A DNA stretch of 64,000 bases from Deltaproteobacteria bacterium (lineage in GTDB: Bacteria; Bdellovibrionota_B; Oligoflexia; Oligoflexales; CAIYRB01): positions 276,466 through 340,465 of the forward strand of contig VGTI01000001.1 of assembly GCA_016874735.1 (NCBI GenBank), given 5' to 3'. Of this stretch, positions 27,954-37,889 are shown piece by piece; the stretch's first letter is position 1, and every line of letters begins with the position of its first letter. Position numbers and translations under genes: made by a program. The notes under the pieces are model-generated. The model was not told where the DNA came from. It saw only the letters and a program-made list of their open reading frames with translations, and made no database searches.

Positions 27954-30254
27954 ATGAGCCAGCAAGTTGGGGCTAGTTTGGCCCCTGAAGAACAAAAGAT
28001 CATCGACCAGGAACTCGCACTTCACGAAAACGTGAAGCAAGCGGTTCGGGCCGAGGCGATGGCCGCTGTGCCGGACATGAACGACGTCAAAAAGCGACTC
28101 ATCGAACTTCGTGATGAGGCTATTAGCGCACACGAGCACGACCTACCGGCGCTCTTCCAGCAACTGTACACGCATCACAGCTTAGCAGCTCGGGATTTCA
28201 CCAAGAAGTTGCCGGATATGCGAGCGCCTTACTTCGCTCATGTGCAGACACTCGAAAATGGGCGCACGCGCGATGTACTTATTGGTTACCAAACCTTCAT
28301 CGATACCAAGTTAGGGGTGACGATCATCGATTGGCGCCACGCGGCGATGGCCAAGGTGTTCTTCAATTACCGTGAGGGCGAAGAATATGAGCTCGAACTC
28401 CCTGGTCGTATTGCTTTAGGCACGCTGGTGATGCGGCGGGTTATTACGTTTGATGGTGGAGAGCTAACTGGCGTCAGCACGCCTGCTTTCAACTTGGTCC
28501 GTGAGCGTGGACAACCTTGGTATCGCTACGGCAGTCAGTCCGCGCCAGATTTGAGCGGTGGCGCCGGCACTGCGGTCAATGTGCAGCAGTTTGGTATAGG
28601 TATCACCAACCGGAAGTTGCCTGATGTCTCAGCGCTGCTCGATCAGGATCAGTACGAGATCCTTAGACGTGAGGACCGCGGAGCTCTCCTCATTCTTGGT
28701 GGTGCCGGTAGCGGCAAGACTACAGTCGCGCTGCACCGCATGGCTTTGCTTGCTTATCAGCGCCCTGGATTTTACGCGCCTAGGTTTATGCAGGTCGTGG
28801 TACCCGAGCAGGGTCTGGTGCGGTTGACGGAGCGTCTGCTTGGTGGTCTGGGCCTAAATGGCGTCAAAGTAGAGACCTTGGACGCATGGATGACTGATCA
28901 AGGGCGCCATATCCTGAAGCGTATTCCCAAAAGAGTTTACGAGTGGACGCCCCCAGCTGTCGTCTACATCAAGCGTCATCCGGCCTTATTAAAGGCGATG
29001 GAGGCACTGGTAGCGCAGAAGGTGACGGACATCGCTAGTGCACTTAAGGGACTTATTGGTGAGTGGGGCACCGATCTCATCGACTTCCTCCTATCCTCAA
29101 AGGCGCCCTTGGTGCCGCGTCTCGATGCGCTACTCGAGCGCGCGAAGGACCCGCATGTGCGCAAAGACGCAACGCAACCAAGCAAGTGGCAGCTGGAGAC
29201 CTTGGCTAAGTATCTGCATGAGACCAAGGAAAACTTGGTCGATGGTGATTTGACACGGTCTGAACTTTACGGTGATGCCGTATGCCACAGTGCCCTCATA
29301 CAGCATAGCGACGGTCACATTAATGCAAAAATGTTGGCCGAACTAACGCGGCACACGAGGCGCCAGTTTGAGGAGCCACAGAAGCATCACGCAGACCGTG
29401 AAGACGAGGCCGGTCTGGACGTCGAAGGTGCTGAGGTAGAGATTGATGATTACGCGGGTACCATCGACGTTGAGGACTTTGCAGTCCTACTCGAGTGGCT
29501 CCACCTGATCCACGGGCGCGTGACGCGCAAGTCGAAGTCCATTACCGAATACCACCATCTTGTCATCGATGAGGCCCAGGATTTGGCTCCACTGGAGCTG
29601 CGTATTTTAGGTCAGAGTCTGGGGGCTGATGCTACCTTAACCGTCGCTGGTGACGCGGCGCAGCAGTCTGATCCGAGTGTTGTGTTCCGCGGCTGGGATG
29701 ATGCGCTGGCGCAGCTAGATGTGGCGGAAACCTCAGAGGCTAGGCTTAGTACGAACTACCGTTGCCCAAGGCCAGTGGCCGAACTTGGCCATAAGGTACT
29801 CGGAGCCATGGCCCCAGGTGACTTGCCGAAGTCCATCAGAGAGGGGCGTGATGTCATCTTTACGGCCGTGCCTAACGAAGGCCTAGCCGTGGTCGAAATG
29901 ACCGACGTTTTAAATCAGCTGACTGGGCGCGAGCCTCTCGCCTCGGTCGCCATTATCTGCGAGAACGAAGAAAACGCACGTCATTTCTACGAGGCGCTTG
30001 CTGGTAACCTTGACGTGCGCCTGGTCATTGATGGCGAGTTCTCGTTCAAGCCTGGGATTGACGTCACTTATGTCTCGCAGGTGAAGGGTCTGGAGTTTGA
30101 CTACGTCGTGCTCCCTGATGTGAATATTGGTATTTACCCGAACACTGCAGTTGCGAGAAAGTCACTCCACATCGCTATTACCAGAGCTGTCCATCAGCTG
30201 TGGGTGATGTCGGTTGGTAAGAAATCCGAGATCCTGACTGAACTAGGATACTGA
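27954..30254 (+). CDS. helD: UvrD/Rep-family helicase, HelD-like
   Basis: N-terminal coiled-coil arm, then APYFAHV...LIGYQTF...IIDWRHAAMAKVFF as in HelD. Walker A GGAGSGKTTVALHRM, IDEAQD, and a C-terminal LHIAITRA-type motif. Confidence 0.7.
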   Translation: MSQQVGASLAPEEQKIIDQELALHENVKQAVRAEAMAAVPDMNDVKKRLIELRDEAISAHEHDLPALFQQLYTHHSLAARDFTKKLPDMRAPYFAHVQTLENGRTRDVLIGYQTFIDTKLGVTIIDWRHAAMAKVFFNYREGEEYELELPGRIALGTLVMRRVITFDGGELTGVSTPAFNLVRERGQPWYRYGSQSAPDLSGGAGTAVNVQQFGIGITNRKLPDVSALLDQDQYEILRREDRGALLILGGAGSGKTTVALHRMALLAYQRPGFYAPRFMQVVVPEQGLVRLTERLLGGLGLNGVKVETLDAWMTDQGRHILKRIPKRVYEWTPPAVVYIKRHPALLKAMEALVAQKVTDIASALKGLIGEWGTDLIDFLLSSKAPLVPRLDALLERAKDPHVRKDATQPSKWQLETLAKYLHETKENLVDGDLTRSELYGDAVCHSALIQHSDGHINAKMLAELTRHTRRQFEEPQKHHADREDEAGLDVEGAEVEIDDYAGTIDVEDFAVLLEWLHLIHGRVTRKSKSITEYHHLVIDEAQDLAPLELRILGQSLGADATLTVAGDAAQQSDPSVVFRGWDDALAQLDVAETSEARLSTNYRCPRPVAELGHKVLGAMAPGDLPKSIREGRDVIFTAVPNEGLAVVEMTDVLNQLTGREPLASVAIICENEENARHFYEALAGNLDVRLVIDGEFSFKPGIDVTYVSQVKGLEFDYVVLPDVNIGIYPNTAVARKSLHIAITRAVHQLWVMSVGKKSEILTELGY

Positions 30255-30262
30255 TCTTGAGC

Positions 30263-30961
30263 CTAAGGTAGCTGGAGGGTGAACTTAATCTCCGTCCACG
30301 CCGTTTCGGCCCTGCCGTAGCGGTTGCGACGGGGCTTGAAGCGGGCACCTTTGGCTGAGGTCAGGATACGTTCGTCCATACCGAAACCAATGCGCTTTTT
30401 AAGTTCAGCATCTAGTACGCGACCAGTCTCTTCCACCAACACCTCGACTATAGCCGACCCTTCGAGTCCTGCATCGATCGCGGCCTGGGTGTATTCTGGC
30501 TTCGTGATGCTATCGCGGATGAGCTCTGGTTCAGCGCTCATATCGCCTTGAAGGGCGCCCGGTTCTTCCTTAAGACGCTCGCCGGTGTCCTCGACCATGA
30601 GGGTGTTACCAAGCGGTGCTGCAACTTTGCCTCCGGCGGTCATAGCATCAGCGGTCAAACCTTGTACAGGTTTAGGCGGGGGCTCATTTGGTTTTGGGGG
30701 AGGTGATTTACGCTCGCTTGCGACTTTGGGTGGTTTTGGCTTAGGTTTGGGCCGTTCCCGCGGTGGCGGCGGTGGCGGCGGTGGCGGGGGTTCGGCTTTA
30801 GCAACCACTGGTTGTTCCACGATTTTAACTTTCACGGCCTGCAGCCGCTGGGCCGGCGGGCGCTCACGTGTCGCAATAAACAATCCACCTGATACATGGA
30901 TGACCACGGAGCCCACCATACAGGCTAGCCAGAGATGCTTCCATGTCAGCTGTTTAGTCAT
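30263..30961 (-). CDS. tonB: TonB energy transducer
   Basis: N-terminal TM, Pro-rich spacer EPPPPPPPPPPRERPKPKPKPPK, and a C-terminal TonB domain. Confidence 0.85.
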   Translation of the reverse strand: MTKQLTWKHLWLACMVGSVVIHVSGGLFIATRERPPAQRLQAVKVKIVEQPVVAKAEPPPPPPPPPPRERPKPKPKPPKVASERKSPPPKPNEPPPKPVQGLTADAMTAGGKVAAPLGNTLMVEDTGERLKEEPGALQGDMSAEPELIRDSITKPEYTQAAIDAGLEGSAIVEVLVEETGRVLDAELKKRIGFGMDERILTSAKGARFKPRRNRYGRAETAWTEIKFTLQLP

Positions 30962-31057
30962 GGCACTAGTTTAGCTTAATCAAAGTCTACTTTGCCAATT
31001 TCCCTTGCCGTCGTAGGATAGTAGCAAACATTTCAAGGGTTAAAGGGGTACCGCCAT

Positions 31058-33343
31058 ATGTCGCGTGTTACGGTCGCTGCCAACCCCCGCGGTTTGTATC
31101 TTCTAAAGGGATTGGGATTAGTCTTATTAGTCATGGGTGTTAGCCATCCTGTGCACGCTCAAAGTGAACCATCCCCCAATGGCCCTGCCACAACTGAGGC
31201 AGCTCCGCAGGAGATCAGCCTGCGCGTCAAAGCTAAGGGCACGGGCATACCCATCAGGCGCGTCGAGGCGCGCCTGCCAGGTGGTAAAAAGATCTATGGC
31301 GACAAAGAGGGACTTTTAAAGCTGCCACCTAGCGCTGTGGTACTAAAGATTGAGCTTTATAAATCTGGCTATGAGGTCATGAACCTTGAGTTAAGCCCCT
31401 CTCAAGGCGAGCAGACTGTTTACCTTTTGCCGGCAGCGCCTAGTGACAGTAACGAGGTTGTAGTCAGGGGGGAAAAGCCCACCGAGGCGTCTCGTAAAAC
31501 TGTGACGACCGAAGAGGCTGTGCGCGTCGCACCAGGGCGTGATCCGGCGCAGATCCCGCGTCTGCTACCTGGGGTCCAGGTTAATAACTTCCGCACGGAT
31601 ATCGTCATCAGGGGATCGCCACCAAACGGGTCTCTTTATGTAATCGATGACTTTCAGGTGCCCTTTATCTTTCACTCCTTTGGCAACATTTCGGTCATCC
31701 CCGACCAGATTGTGAACGACGTCGCCTTTTCGACCGGTGGTTTTGGACCGGAGCGGGGTAATGTGACCGGTGGCGTCATCAATCTTAGGACTAAAAACGA
31801 GATTCCAGAACGCAGTAAGACCGAGTTTCGGGTAAATATCCCGATCTTCTCCACCATCTATCACGAAGAGCCTGTTAATGACGGCAAGGACTATGTCGCG
31901 GTATCAGCTCGTCGCAGTTATCTCGATGTGCTGTTGCCGCCTATTTTGAAAAACGCAGGGAATATGGAGCTAACCGTATTCCCGCTCTTTGGTGACGAAC
32001 ATATCTTTTACGTCCACCCAATCGAAAACGGTGTGGTCAAAGTCATCGGTGCGCACGTGTATGATGGTGTAAAGCTGATCCTGAATTCAGATCTATCAAC
32101 CACGGCCGATGGTAAAGCCAAGTTTGATATTCAAAGATCATTCGAGTTACTCGGTGTTGAGTGGAAAAAGGACTTGAATCAAGACTGGAGTGTTAAGGTT
32201 GAGCCTAGCCTCAATCATCAATCCAACTCCATCGATATCGTCAACAACGCAATTGATATTGCTGCGACTAGCGTTGCCGTCTACGCTGAAGCCGCACGTA
32301 AGCTCGGCGGTAAAGACCGCGTCTATGTCGGAACAGAGTTAAGTTACGGTAAGGCTAGTGTCAAAGTGCTCGCTCCCGAGCAAAATCCTAGCGACCCGTT
32401 CTACAATCCTCAGTCGGCACCGCAGAAAAAAGTGGAGCAAGTCTCGCCATTCATCGCCGAGGCACTTTGGGTTGGAGGTGAATTAAACTACGGAGACTTA
32501 CTCGTCATGCCGGGGCTGCGCGCCTTTAGGTTTTCGCAGCTGACTCAGCCTGGCGCCGATCCACGTGTTAACTGGCGCTATCAAATTAATAACATGCACT
32601 CATTCAAAGGCGCCTTAGGCCAGTACTCACAGACCCCCGAGTTTTCTGAGACAAGTGCAAGTTTCGGTAACCCAGCACTCAACTATATCGAATCGCGGCA
32701 CTATGTGCTCGGTCTTGAGACAGTTTGGAGTGATCTTTGGATCTCAGATGTTCAGGGGTTTTATAAGACGATCGATAAGACGGTGCAAAGTGATCCCCTA
32801 GTTAAATTGGATAATGATGGTGACTCGTTTAGTACGGGGCTGGAGTTTTTTATCAGACGTAATTTGACGGAGAGGATTTTTGGCTGGTTTGCCTACACTT
32901 ACTCCATCAATAAAGCGCGTGAGCAGCCAACGCAGCTCTATCACAATTCCGAGTACGATCAGACTCATGTCCTGAATGTCACGGGAAGCTATAAATACTC
33001 GGCTCTGTGGACTTTTGGTGGTAGGGGGCTATTTCGTAGTGGCAATACTTACAACGGTGTCGATTACTCGGTTTATAACGTCAACCTAAACCGTTACGAG
33101 CCAAGGCAGAGCTTTACCACGCCGCTCTATAACAAGCGGGAACCGGTGTATTACGAGCTGAATCTCTATGCTGACCGCGAGGTACTCTTCGATACTTGGA
33201 AGCTGACCTGGCGCTTTGGTATCGAAAATTTGGCGCTGAAGCCACAGGTCCAAGGTGTTAACTATAACTACGATTATTCGAAGCAAGAATTTGTACGTAG
33301 CGTACCACCTGTTCCTTATATCGAAGTTAGGGGGATCCTATGA
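31058..33343 (+). CDS. TonB-dependent outer-membrane receptor with N-terminal carboxypeptidase-regulatory-like domain
   Basis: Signal peptide, plug region (VRVAPGRDPAQIPRLLPGVQ, VIRGS, YVIDDFQV, GGVINLRTK), and a long beta-barrel region ending in an aromatic-rich C-terminus. Confidence 0.8.
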   Translation: MSRVTVAANPRGLYLLKGLGLVLLVMGVSHPVHAQSEPSPNGPATTEAAPQEISLRVKAKGTGIPIRRVEARLPGGKKIYGDKEGLLKLPPSAVVLKIELYKSGYEVMNLELSPSQGEQTVYLLPAAPSDSNEVVVRGEKPTEASRKTVTTEEAVRVAPGRDPAQIPRLLPGVQVNNFRTDIVIRGSPPNGSLYVIDDFQVPFIFHSFGNISVIPDQIVNDVAFSTGGFGPERGNVTGGVINLRTKNEIPERSKTEFRVNIPIFSTIYHEEPVNDGKDYVAVSARRSYLDVLLPPILKNAGNMELTVFPLFGDEHIFYVHPIENGVVKVIGAHVYDGVKLILNSDLSTTADGKAKFDIQRSFELLGVEWKKDLNQDWSVKVEPSLNHQSNSIDIVNNAIDIAATSVAVYAEAARKLGGKDRVYVGTELSYGKASVKVLAPEQNPSDPFYNPQSAPQKKVEQVSPFIAEALWVGGELNYGDLLVMPGLRAFRFSQLTQPGADPRVNWRYQINNMHSFKGALGQYSQTPEFSETSASFGNPALNYIESRHYVLGLETVWSDLWISDVQGFYKTIDKTVQSDPLVKLDNDGDSFSTGLEFFIRRNLTERIFGWFAYTYSINKAREQPTQLYHNSEYDQTHVLNVTGSYKYSALWTFGGRGLFRSGNTYNGVDYSVYNVNLNRYEPRQSFTTPLYNKREPVYYELNLYADREVLFDTWKLTWRFGIENLALKPQVQGVNYNYDYSKQEFVRSVPPVPYIEVRGIL

Positions 33344-34095
33344 GACACATATGGCGCGCATCCTTGCTGCTTCTAGTTTTCATCAATATTGCCTGCGACG
33401 GTGACGAAGACCGCTTTGAGCGGATTGCCAAGCTGCGCGGACTTGGGCTTTTGACTTCACCCGTGATTGCACCCCCTAGTACCGATGCGGTACCTAGTCA
33501 AGTGGAGTTCACCTTTTACGCGGCAGCACCGCTAGGCGAGACGGTGACAGCGACACCTTACCAAGACTTGCAAGGCTCACTACGGAAGGTGTCCATCTCC
33601 AACTTCACTGTTGGCGAGGTTAGCTACGAGGACCACTCTAGTCTGCGTATAGTCAAGGTGAAGGCTACGGGGGTCGTGCCACCAGCATCCTTGATCTACT
33701 TTGATCCCAGTAATGGATTTGCCACCGTTCGTTATGCAATATCCCTGGTTGGGCAAAGCAGCACGCAAATTCTGGTCGGAAATTTAGTCATTTATCCGTC
33801 GGGAGCAGCCGAGCTGACAAGCAAAAATAATCTGCCGACCATAGCCATTACCAACCCCACGAAAGATGGCACGATTAACGGATCGGAGCAGGAGATCAAG
33901 GCCGATTTGACCGAAGTGAATGACGAGACTTACCGCGTCGGATGGTTTGTGAGTGGTGGGAGACTCGATGCTAAAAACAAGGTCAGTACCACTTGGACAC
34001 CAACCGGTTCCGGGAAATACACGGTCATTGTCACTGCACGAGGGACAAAAACCTCGGCATTTGGTATCGATGTGGTAGACGTCACAGCTAATTGA
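33340..34095 (+). CDS. probable lipoprotein with Ig/PKD-like C-terminal domain, translationally coupled to the receptor gene
   Basis: ATGA overlap with the TBDR gene. Signal LLLLVFINIAC (non-canonical lipobox). C-terminal beta-rich TWTPTGSGKYTVIVTARG. Confidence 0.6.
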   Translation: MRHIWRASLLLLVFINIACDGDEDRFERIAKLRGLGLLTSPVIAPPSTDAVPSQVEFTFYAAAPLGETVTATPYQDLQGSLRKVSISNFTVGEVSYEDHSSLRIVKVKATGVVPPASLIYFDPSNGFATVRYAISLVGQSSTQILVGNLVIYPSGAAELTSKNNLPTIAITNPTKDGTINGSEQEIKADLTEVNDETYRVGWFVSGGRLDAKNKVSTTWTPTGSGKYTVIVTARGTKTSAFGIDVVDVTAN

Positions 34096-34145
34096 GTCCA
34101 GGGCGGGCTCGCGACCGTGCTGTGCCGCAGTCGTGGAGCCCCAGC

Positions 34146-35186
34146 ATGCAGCATGGCAGCAAAACCTCGTTGGCGACTTTTCTGCTGACGATGGCGATCA
34201 TTATTGGTCTGACCTTTTGGATGGTCGAGTCCTACGTGATGTCTCTCCTGACGGGAGGGTTTATGGCCATGCTTGCACGCCCGTTCTACGTGACTTTGAG
34301 GCGTAAGCTCTCCGTCTCTTTCGCTGCGGGGCTGGCGACGATGGGGCTACTACTACTGGTCGTTATTCCTCTTGGTGTCTTTATGGTGCTCGTCGCGAGG
34401 CAAGCGGTCATGATTGGTGCGTGGGCGTCGCAGCTGCAGCTAACGCCAGTCGATGATTTACTCGTGGAGCTCAGCGGCGTCTGGCCCTTGTCTGTGGTAG
34501 CCGATAGTCCGGATGCGTTGAAAAAGTTGGTACTGAGTCAGTTGAATCAATGGGGTGCAGCTGCGACGAGACTCATGGTTGAGTTGGCTAAAGGTTTGCC
34601 AGATAACATCATGCAGCTGGTGCTGTCGTGCCTTACCTGTTTTTTTGTGATGATCGATGGGCGTCGGCTTATTCATTGGATAGGTTCCCTGATCCCCCTA
34701 GGCTCCCAAATTCGGGAGAAATTAGTCGATTCATTTAGAAGCACGGCAATTTCCGTCGTCTGGGCCAGTATGGCCGCAGCTGCGGCCCAAGCTGTGATGA
34801 TGGGCCTGGCATTTTTGCTCACGGGTATTCCTGCAGCAGCGTTGGCCGCGGCAGCTACGTTTATATTTGCCTGGATTCCACTTCTTGGCAGCGTGCCGGT
34901 TTGGCTAGCAGGGTGTGTTTATCTTTACGCTCAAGGTCATGTTGGCAGTTTGATTGGTCTTCTGGTCCTAGGTGGGTTGACCGGCGTTGTCGACAATGTG
35001 GTGAGACCGTGGGTTCTACGCGGTCGGGGCGAGATGCACCCACTGGTCAGTTTGGTGGCTATTTTTGGTGGCATCAAGATGTTCGGTATTATGGGAGTCT
35101 TTTTTGGTCCCATCTTAGTGGCATGTCTTTTGACACTTTTGCACGTATGGCCGACAGTAGCGAGGTCCGAAGGACTCGATATTTAA
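34146..35186 (+). CDS. AI-2E family transporter (PerM/YdiK-like)
   Basis: Multi-TM protein with VVDNVVRPWVL and GGIKMFGIMGVFFGP, typical of the family. ATG 34146 has GGAG 7 nt upstream; the ORF track starts at TTG 34092. Confidence 0.8.
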   Translation: MQHGSKTSLATFLLTMAIIIGLTFWMVESYVMSLLTGGFMAMLARPFYVTLRRKLSVSFAAGLATMGLLLLVVIPLGVFMVLVARQAVMIGAWASQLQLTPVDDLLVELSGVWPLSVVADSPDALKKLVLSQLNQWGAAATRLMVELAKGLPDNIMQLVLSCLTCFFVMIDGRRLIHWIGSLIPLGSQIREKLVDSFRSTAISVVWASMAAAAAQAVMMGLAFLLTGIPAAALAAAATFIFAWIPLLGSVPVWLAGCVYLYAQGHVGSLIGLLVLGGLTGVVDNVVRPWVLRGRGEMHPLVSLVAIFGGIKMFGIMGVFFGPILVACLLTLLHVWPTVARSEGLDI

Positions 35187-35198
35187 CTGAGGCCCTAG

Positions 35199-36926
35199 AT
35201 GTATAAGCTCAGACCCTATCAAACCGAGGCGGTGCAATCCGCTGTCGATCATTTTCGTCACCAGCGCAGTCCGGCGGTTATAGTGCTGCCTACTGGTGCC
35301 GGCAAAAGTCTGGTGATTGCAGAATTAGCACGTATAGCTAAAGGGCGCGTGCTGGTGCTTGCTCACGTTAAGGAGCTGGTCGAGCAGAACTATGGCAAGT
35401 ACATCAGTTACGATCTCTCTGCCGGGATATATTCAGCGGGATTGGACCGGAAGGATAGTGCGGAGAAGGTGATCTTCGGCAGTATCCAGTCTGTGGCACG
35501 GGCTAAACGTGAATTTTTTGCCGCATTTTCACTCCTCATCATTGACGAGTGTCACCGTGTGTCGCTGGCTGAGGACACGCAGTACGCGCAGGTGATCCGG
35601 ATTTTGCGTGCCGCTAATCCCAAACTGTGCATCCTGGGACTTACGGCGACGCCGTACCGACTGGGTCTAGGCTGGATCTACCAGTATCATCATCGAGGTA
35701 TGATCAGGACTGAGCAGGAGCGGTTCTTTAAAAAGTGCGTCTATGAGCTATCGCTCGCCACCATGATCAATCAAGGTTATCTGACGCAGCCCATTAAGAT
35801 TGATGCACCAGTGGCCTGCTACGACTTTTCGCAGCTGAAACTTTCGGGAGCTCAGGGCAGTTTTGCTTTGGCAGAGGTGGAGAAGGTCCTTAAAGATCAG
35901 TCGCGCGTCACTCCCGTGATTGTCGAAAATATTATCGACATGGCACGTGACCGTCAGGGCGTCATGATCTTTACGAGTTCCGTCAGACACGCGGAAGAGA
36001 TCTTTAAATTACTACCGCAAGAAATGTCGGCGGTGGTTGTTGGTGAGACTGAGGGCTCTCAGCGTGACGCGATTATCCATAGATTTAAGCAGCGTGAGTT
36101 GAAGTTTCTCGTCAACGTATCGGTGCTTACCACGGGATTTGATGCTCCTCATGTCGATGTGATTGCTGTCTTGCGCCCTACCGAATCGGTAAGTCTCTAT
36201 CAGCAAATTGTCGGTCGCGGGCTGCGCCTTAGTCCCGGCAAGGAAGATTGTTTAATCCTTGATTACACCGGCCAGGGTCATGATTTATTCAGGCCTGAGA
36301 TTGAGGACTCGCGACCATGTGCCGAGGCGCAAATTGTGATCGTCCCATGTCCCCTCTGCAACTACGACAATGAGTTCTGGGGTTTAGTGGACGACGAAGG
36401 TGAGATCGTCGAACACTTTGGTCGCAAGTGCAAGGGAGCTACGGAATGCCTGGAGACGTTCAAAGTGGAGCGTTGCTCTTACTTTTTCCGCTCTAAACTA
36501 TGTCCCCATTGCGACACGGAAAATGACATTGCCGCCCGCGTTTGCTCTGGCTGTAACGAGATGCTGGTCGATCCTGATAAGTCCTTGCGCGAGGCTATGA
36601 GCCTTAAGGATGCCCATGTGATGCGCCCCGATTTCATGGAGCTACATCCGCGCATCGACCGGCGCCAGCAGGAATTTCTGGAGATTCGCTACTACGACTG
36701 CGACGGCAATCACCTGAAGGAATTCCATTATCTAAACGGAAAGGCCAGTATCCGGGCGTTTAACTACGGATTTTTGCGCATGCACCTGCGGCGCCCAGAA
36801 GCAGCGCCAGAGATTGCCGGCGTGGACGATGTGATCAGTGCGCAGCATCTGCTTCGACTCCCGATGTTCATCATTGCGCGGAAGAAGAAGCAGTTTTGGG
36901 AGATACGGGAAAAGGTCTTTCTTTAG
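35199..36926 (+). CDS. radD: SF2 DNA repair helicase RadD (YejH)-like with C-terminal zinc ribbons
   Basis: LRPYQTEAV, VLPTGAGKSLVIAELA, DECHRV, GLTATPYRLG, VLTTGFDAPHVD, QQIVGRGLRL, then CPLCNYDNEF, CPHCDTEND and CSGCNEML. Confidence 0.7.
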   Translation: MYKLRPYQTEAVQSAVDHFRHQRSPAVIVLPTGAGKSLVIAELARIAKGRVLVLAHVKELVEQNYGKYISYDLSAGIYSAGLDRKDSAEKVIFGSIQSVARAKREFFAAFSLLIIDECHRVSLAEDTQYAQVIRILRAANPKLCILGLTATPYRLGLGWIYQYHHRGMIRTEQERFFKKCVYELSLATMINQGYLTQPIKIDAPVACYDFSQLKLSGAQGSFALAEVEKVLKDQSRVTPVIVENIIDMARDRQGVMIFTSSVRHAEEIFKLLPQEMSAVVVGETEGSQRDAIIHRFKQRELKFLVNVSVLTTGFDAPHVDVIAVLRPTESVSLYQQIVGRGLRLSPGKEDCLILDYTGQGHDLFRPEIEDSRPCAEAQIVIVPCPLCNYDNEFWGLVDDEGEIVEHFGRKCKGATECLETFKVERCSYFFRSKLCPHCDTENDIAARVCSGCNEMLVDPDKSLREAMSLKDAHVMRPDFMELHPRIDRRQQEFLEIRYYDCDGNHLKEFHYLNGKASIRAFNYGFLRMHLRRPEAAPEIAGVDDVISAQHLLRLPMFIIARKKKQFWEIREKVFL

Positions 36927-37822
36927 ACCGGCCGAGGTATAAGGAACAAGTCTGTGTGATAAATTGTACCGTCAAACTTCTTGGCAAAATCGCGTATACG
37001 CTCGGTTGGTAAAAACTCGCCGGCATGTTGTCCGCCAACTTCAGCGAACTTCTCAAATTTTTGCTCGATAATTTTGATTAATTGCTCGTAACTGCCGGCG
37101 TCAACGAGATCGTGTGGGCAAAACTCAATGCAAAAAGGTACTTGTCGTCTGATCAGTGATTCAGATCCGGCTAAGACAAAACCCTCGTGGCCCTGCGTGT
37201 CACACCAGACTAAAGACACCGATGCCGCATCTACTTGGTGAGTGACAAGCAGGTTATCCAAAGTATCTACGTCAACATCCACGGATGTGCCAGCAGCGCT
37301 TGTAGGATTGCCTTGAATGCGATGATCGCCGCAATTTTCTTTTGATAGGGCTAACTTGAGTTGGCCTTTGGCCGTAGACACTGCATGAGGACTTACGATG
37401 ACTTTTTCAGCGATCCCATTAGCTTCCATGTTTAGACGTAATACTTCGAGGTTGCTCGGTGCTGGTTCAATACACACGGCCTTGTTGAAGCTACCAGATT
37501 TCAAAGCATAAATGGTAGTAGTCCCAATATTAGCCCCTACATCTAAAAAAGTTCCTCCCAGAGATTTACCTACTTTGGCACACAACTTTAGGACTGCCTC
37601 GAGATCGTTGCGCGCAAAATGGCCAACCGCGACCGTATAAGGTGTCACGACATTATCGTGCAGGAACATGAAGGTAGTCTCGTTGCCATCAGCGAGGCCC
37701 AAGTATCTTAGATTGGGATTCAAGTGACGCAGTAAGCGGCAGTAAATACGACATAGCAAAACGCGACGATACGTGGGGGAGGTTAATAGTTCTTTGACCC
37801 TTCTGAGGCGATGTAAAATCAT
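36923..37822 (-). CDS. FkbM-family SAM-dependent methyltransferase
   Basis: FLDVGANIGTTTIYAL SAM-binding motif. I prefer ATG 37822 (MILHRLRR...), because the ORF-track start 38119 would overlap the SNF2 gene by 230 nt. Its stop codon overlaps the radD stop on the opposite strand. Confidence 0.75.
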   Translation of the reverse strand: MILHRLRRVKELLTSPTYRRVLLCRIYCRLLRHLNPNLRYLGLADGNETTFMFLHDNVVTPYTVAVGHFARNDLEAVLKLCAKVGKSLGGTFLDVGANIGTTTIYALKSGSFNKAVCIEPAPSNLEVLRLNMEANGIAEKVIVSPHAVSTAKGQLKLALSKENCGDHRIQGNPTSAAGTSVDVDVDTLDNLLVTHQVDAASVSLVWCDTQGHEGFVLAGSESLIRRQVPFCIEFCPHDLVDAGSYEQLIKIIEQKFEKFAEVGGQHAGEFLPTERIRDFAKKFDGTIYHTDLFLIPRPV

Positions 37823-37889
37823 TTTTTGCACTTCCACGGAACAAATTCTAAGACCTGCCGCACAGATCCTTGGTGAACAACTTAAGTTA

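Noticed and set aside
30585-30974. 129-aa plus-strand ORF rich in Gly
   Set aside because: It is antisense to the Pro-rich spacer of tonB (CCN codons read as GGN). The same logic applies to 5805..6182, opposite the small secreted-protein gene.
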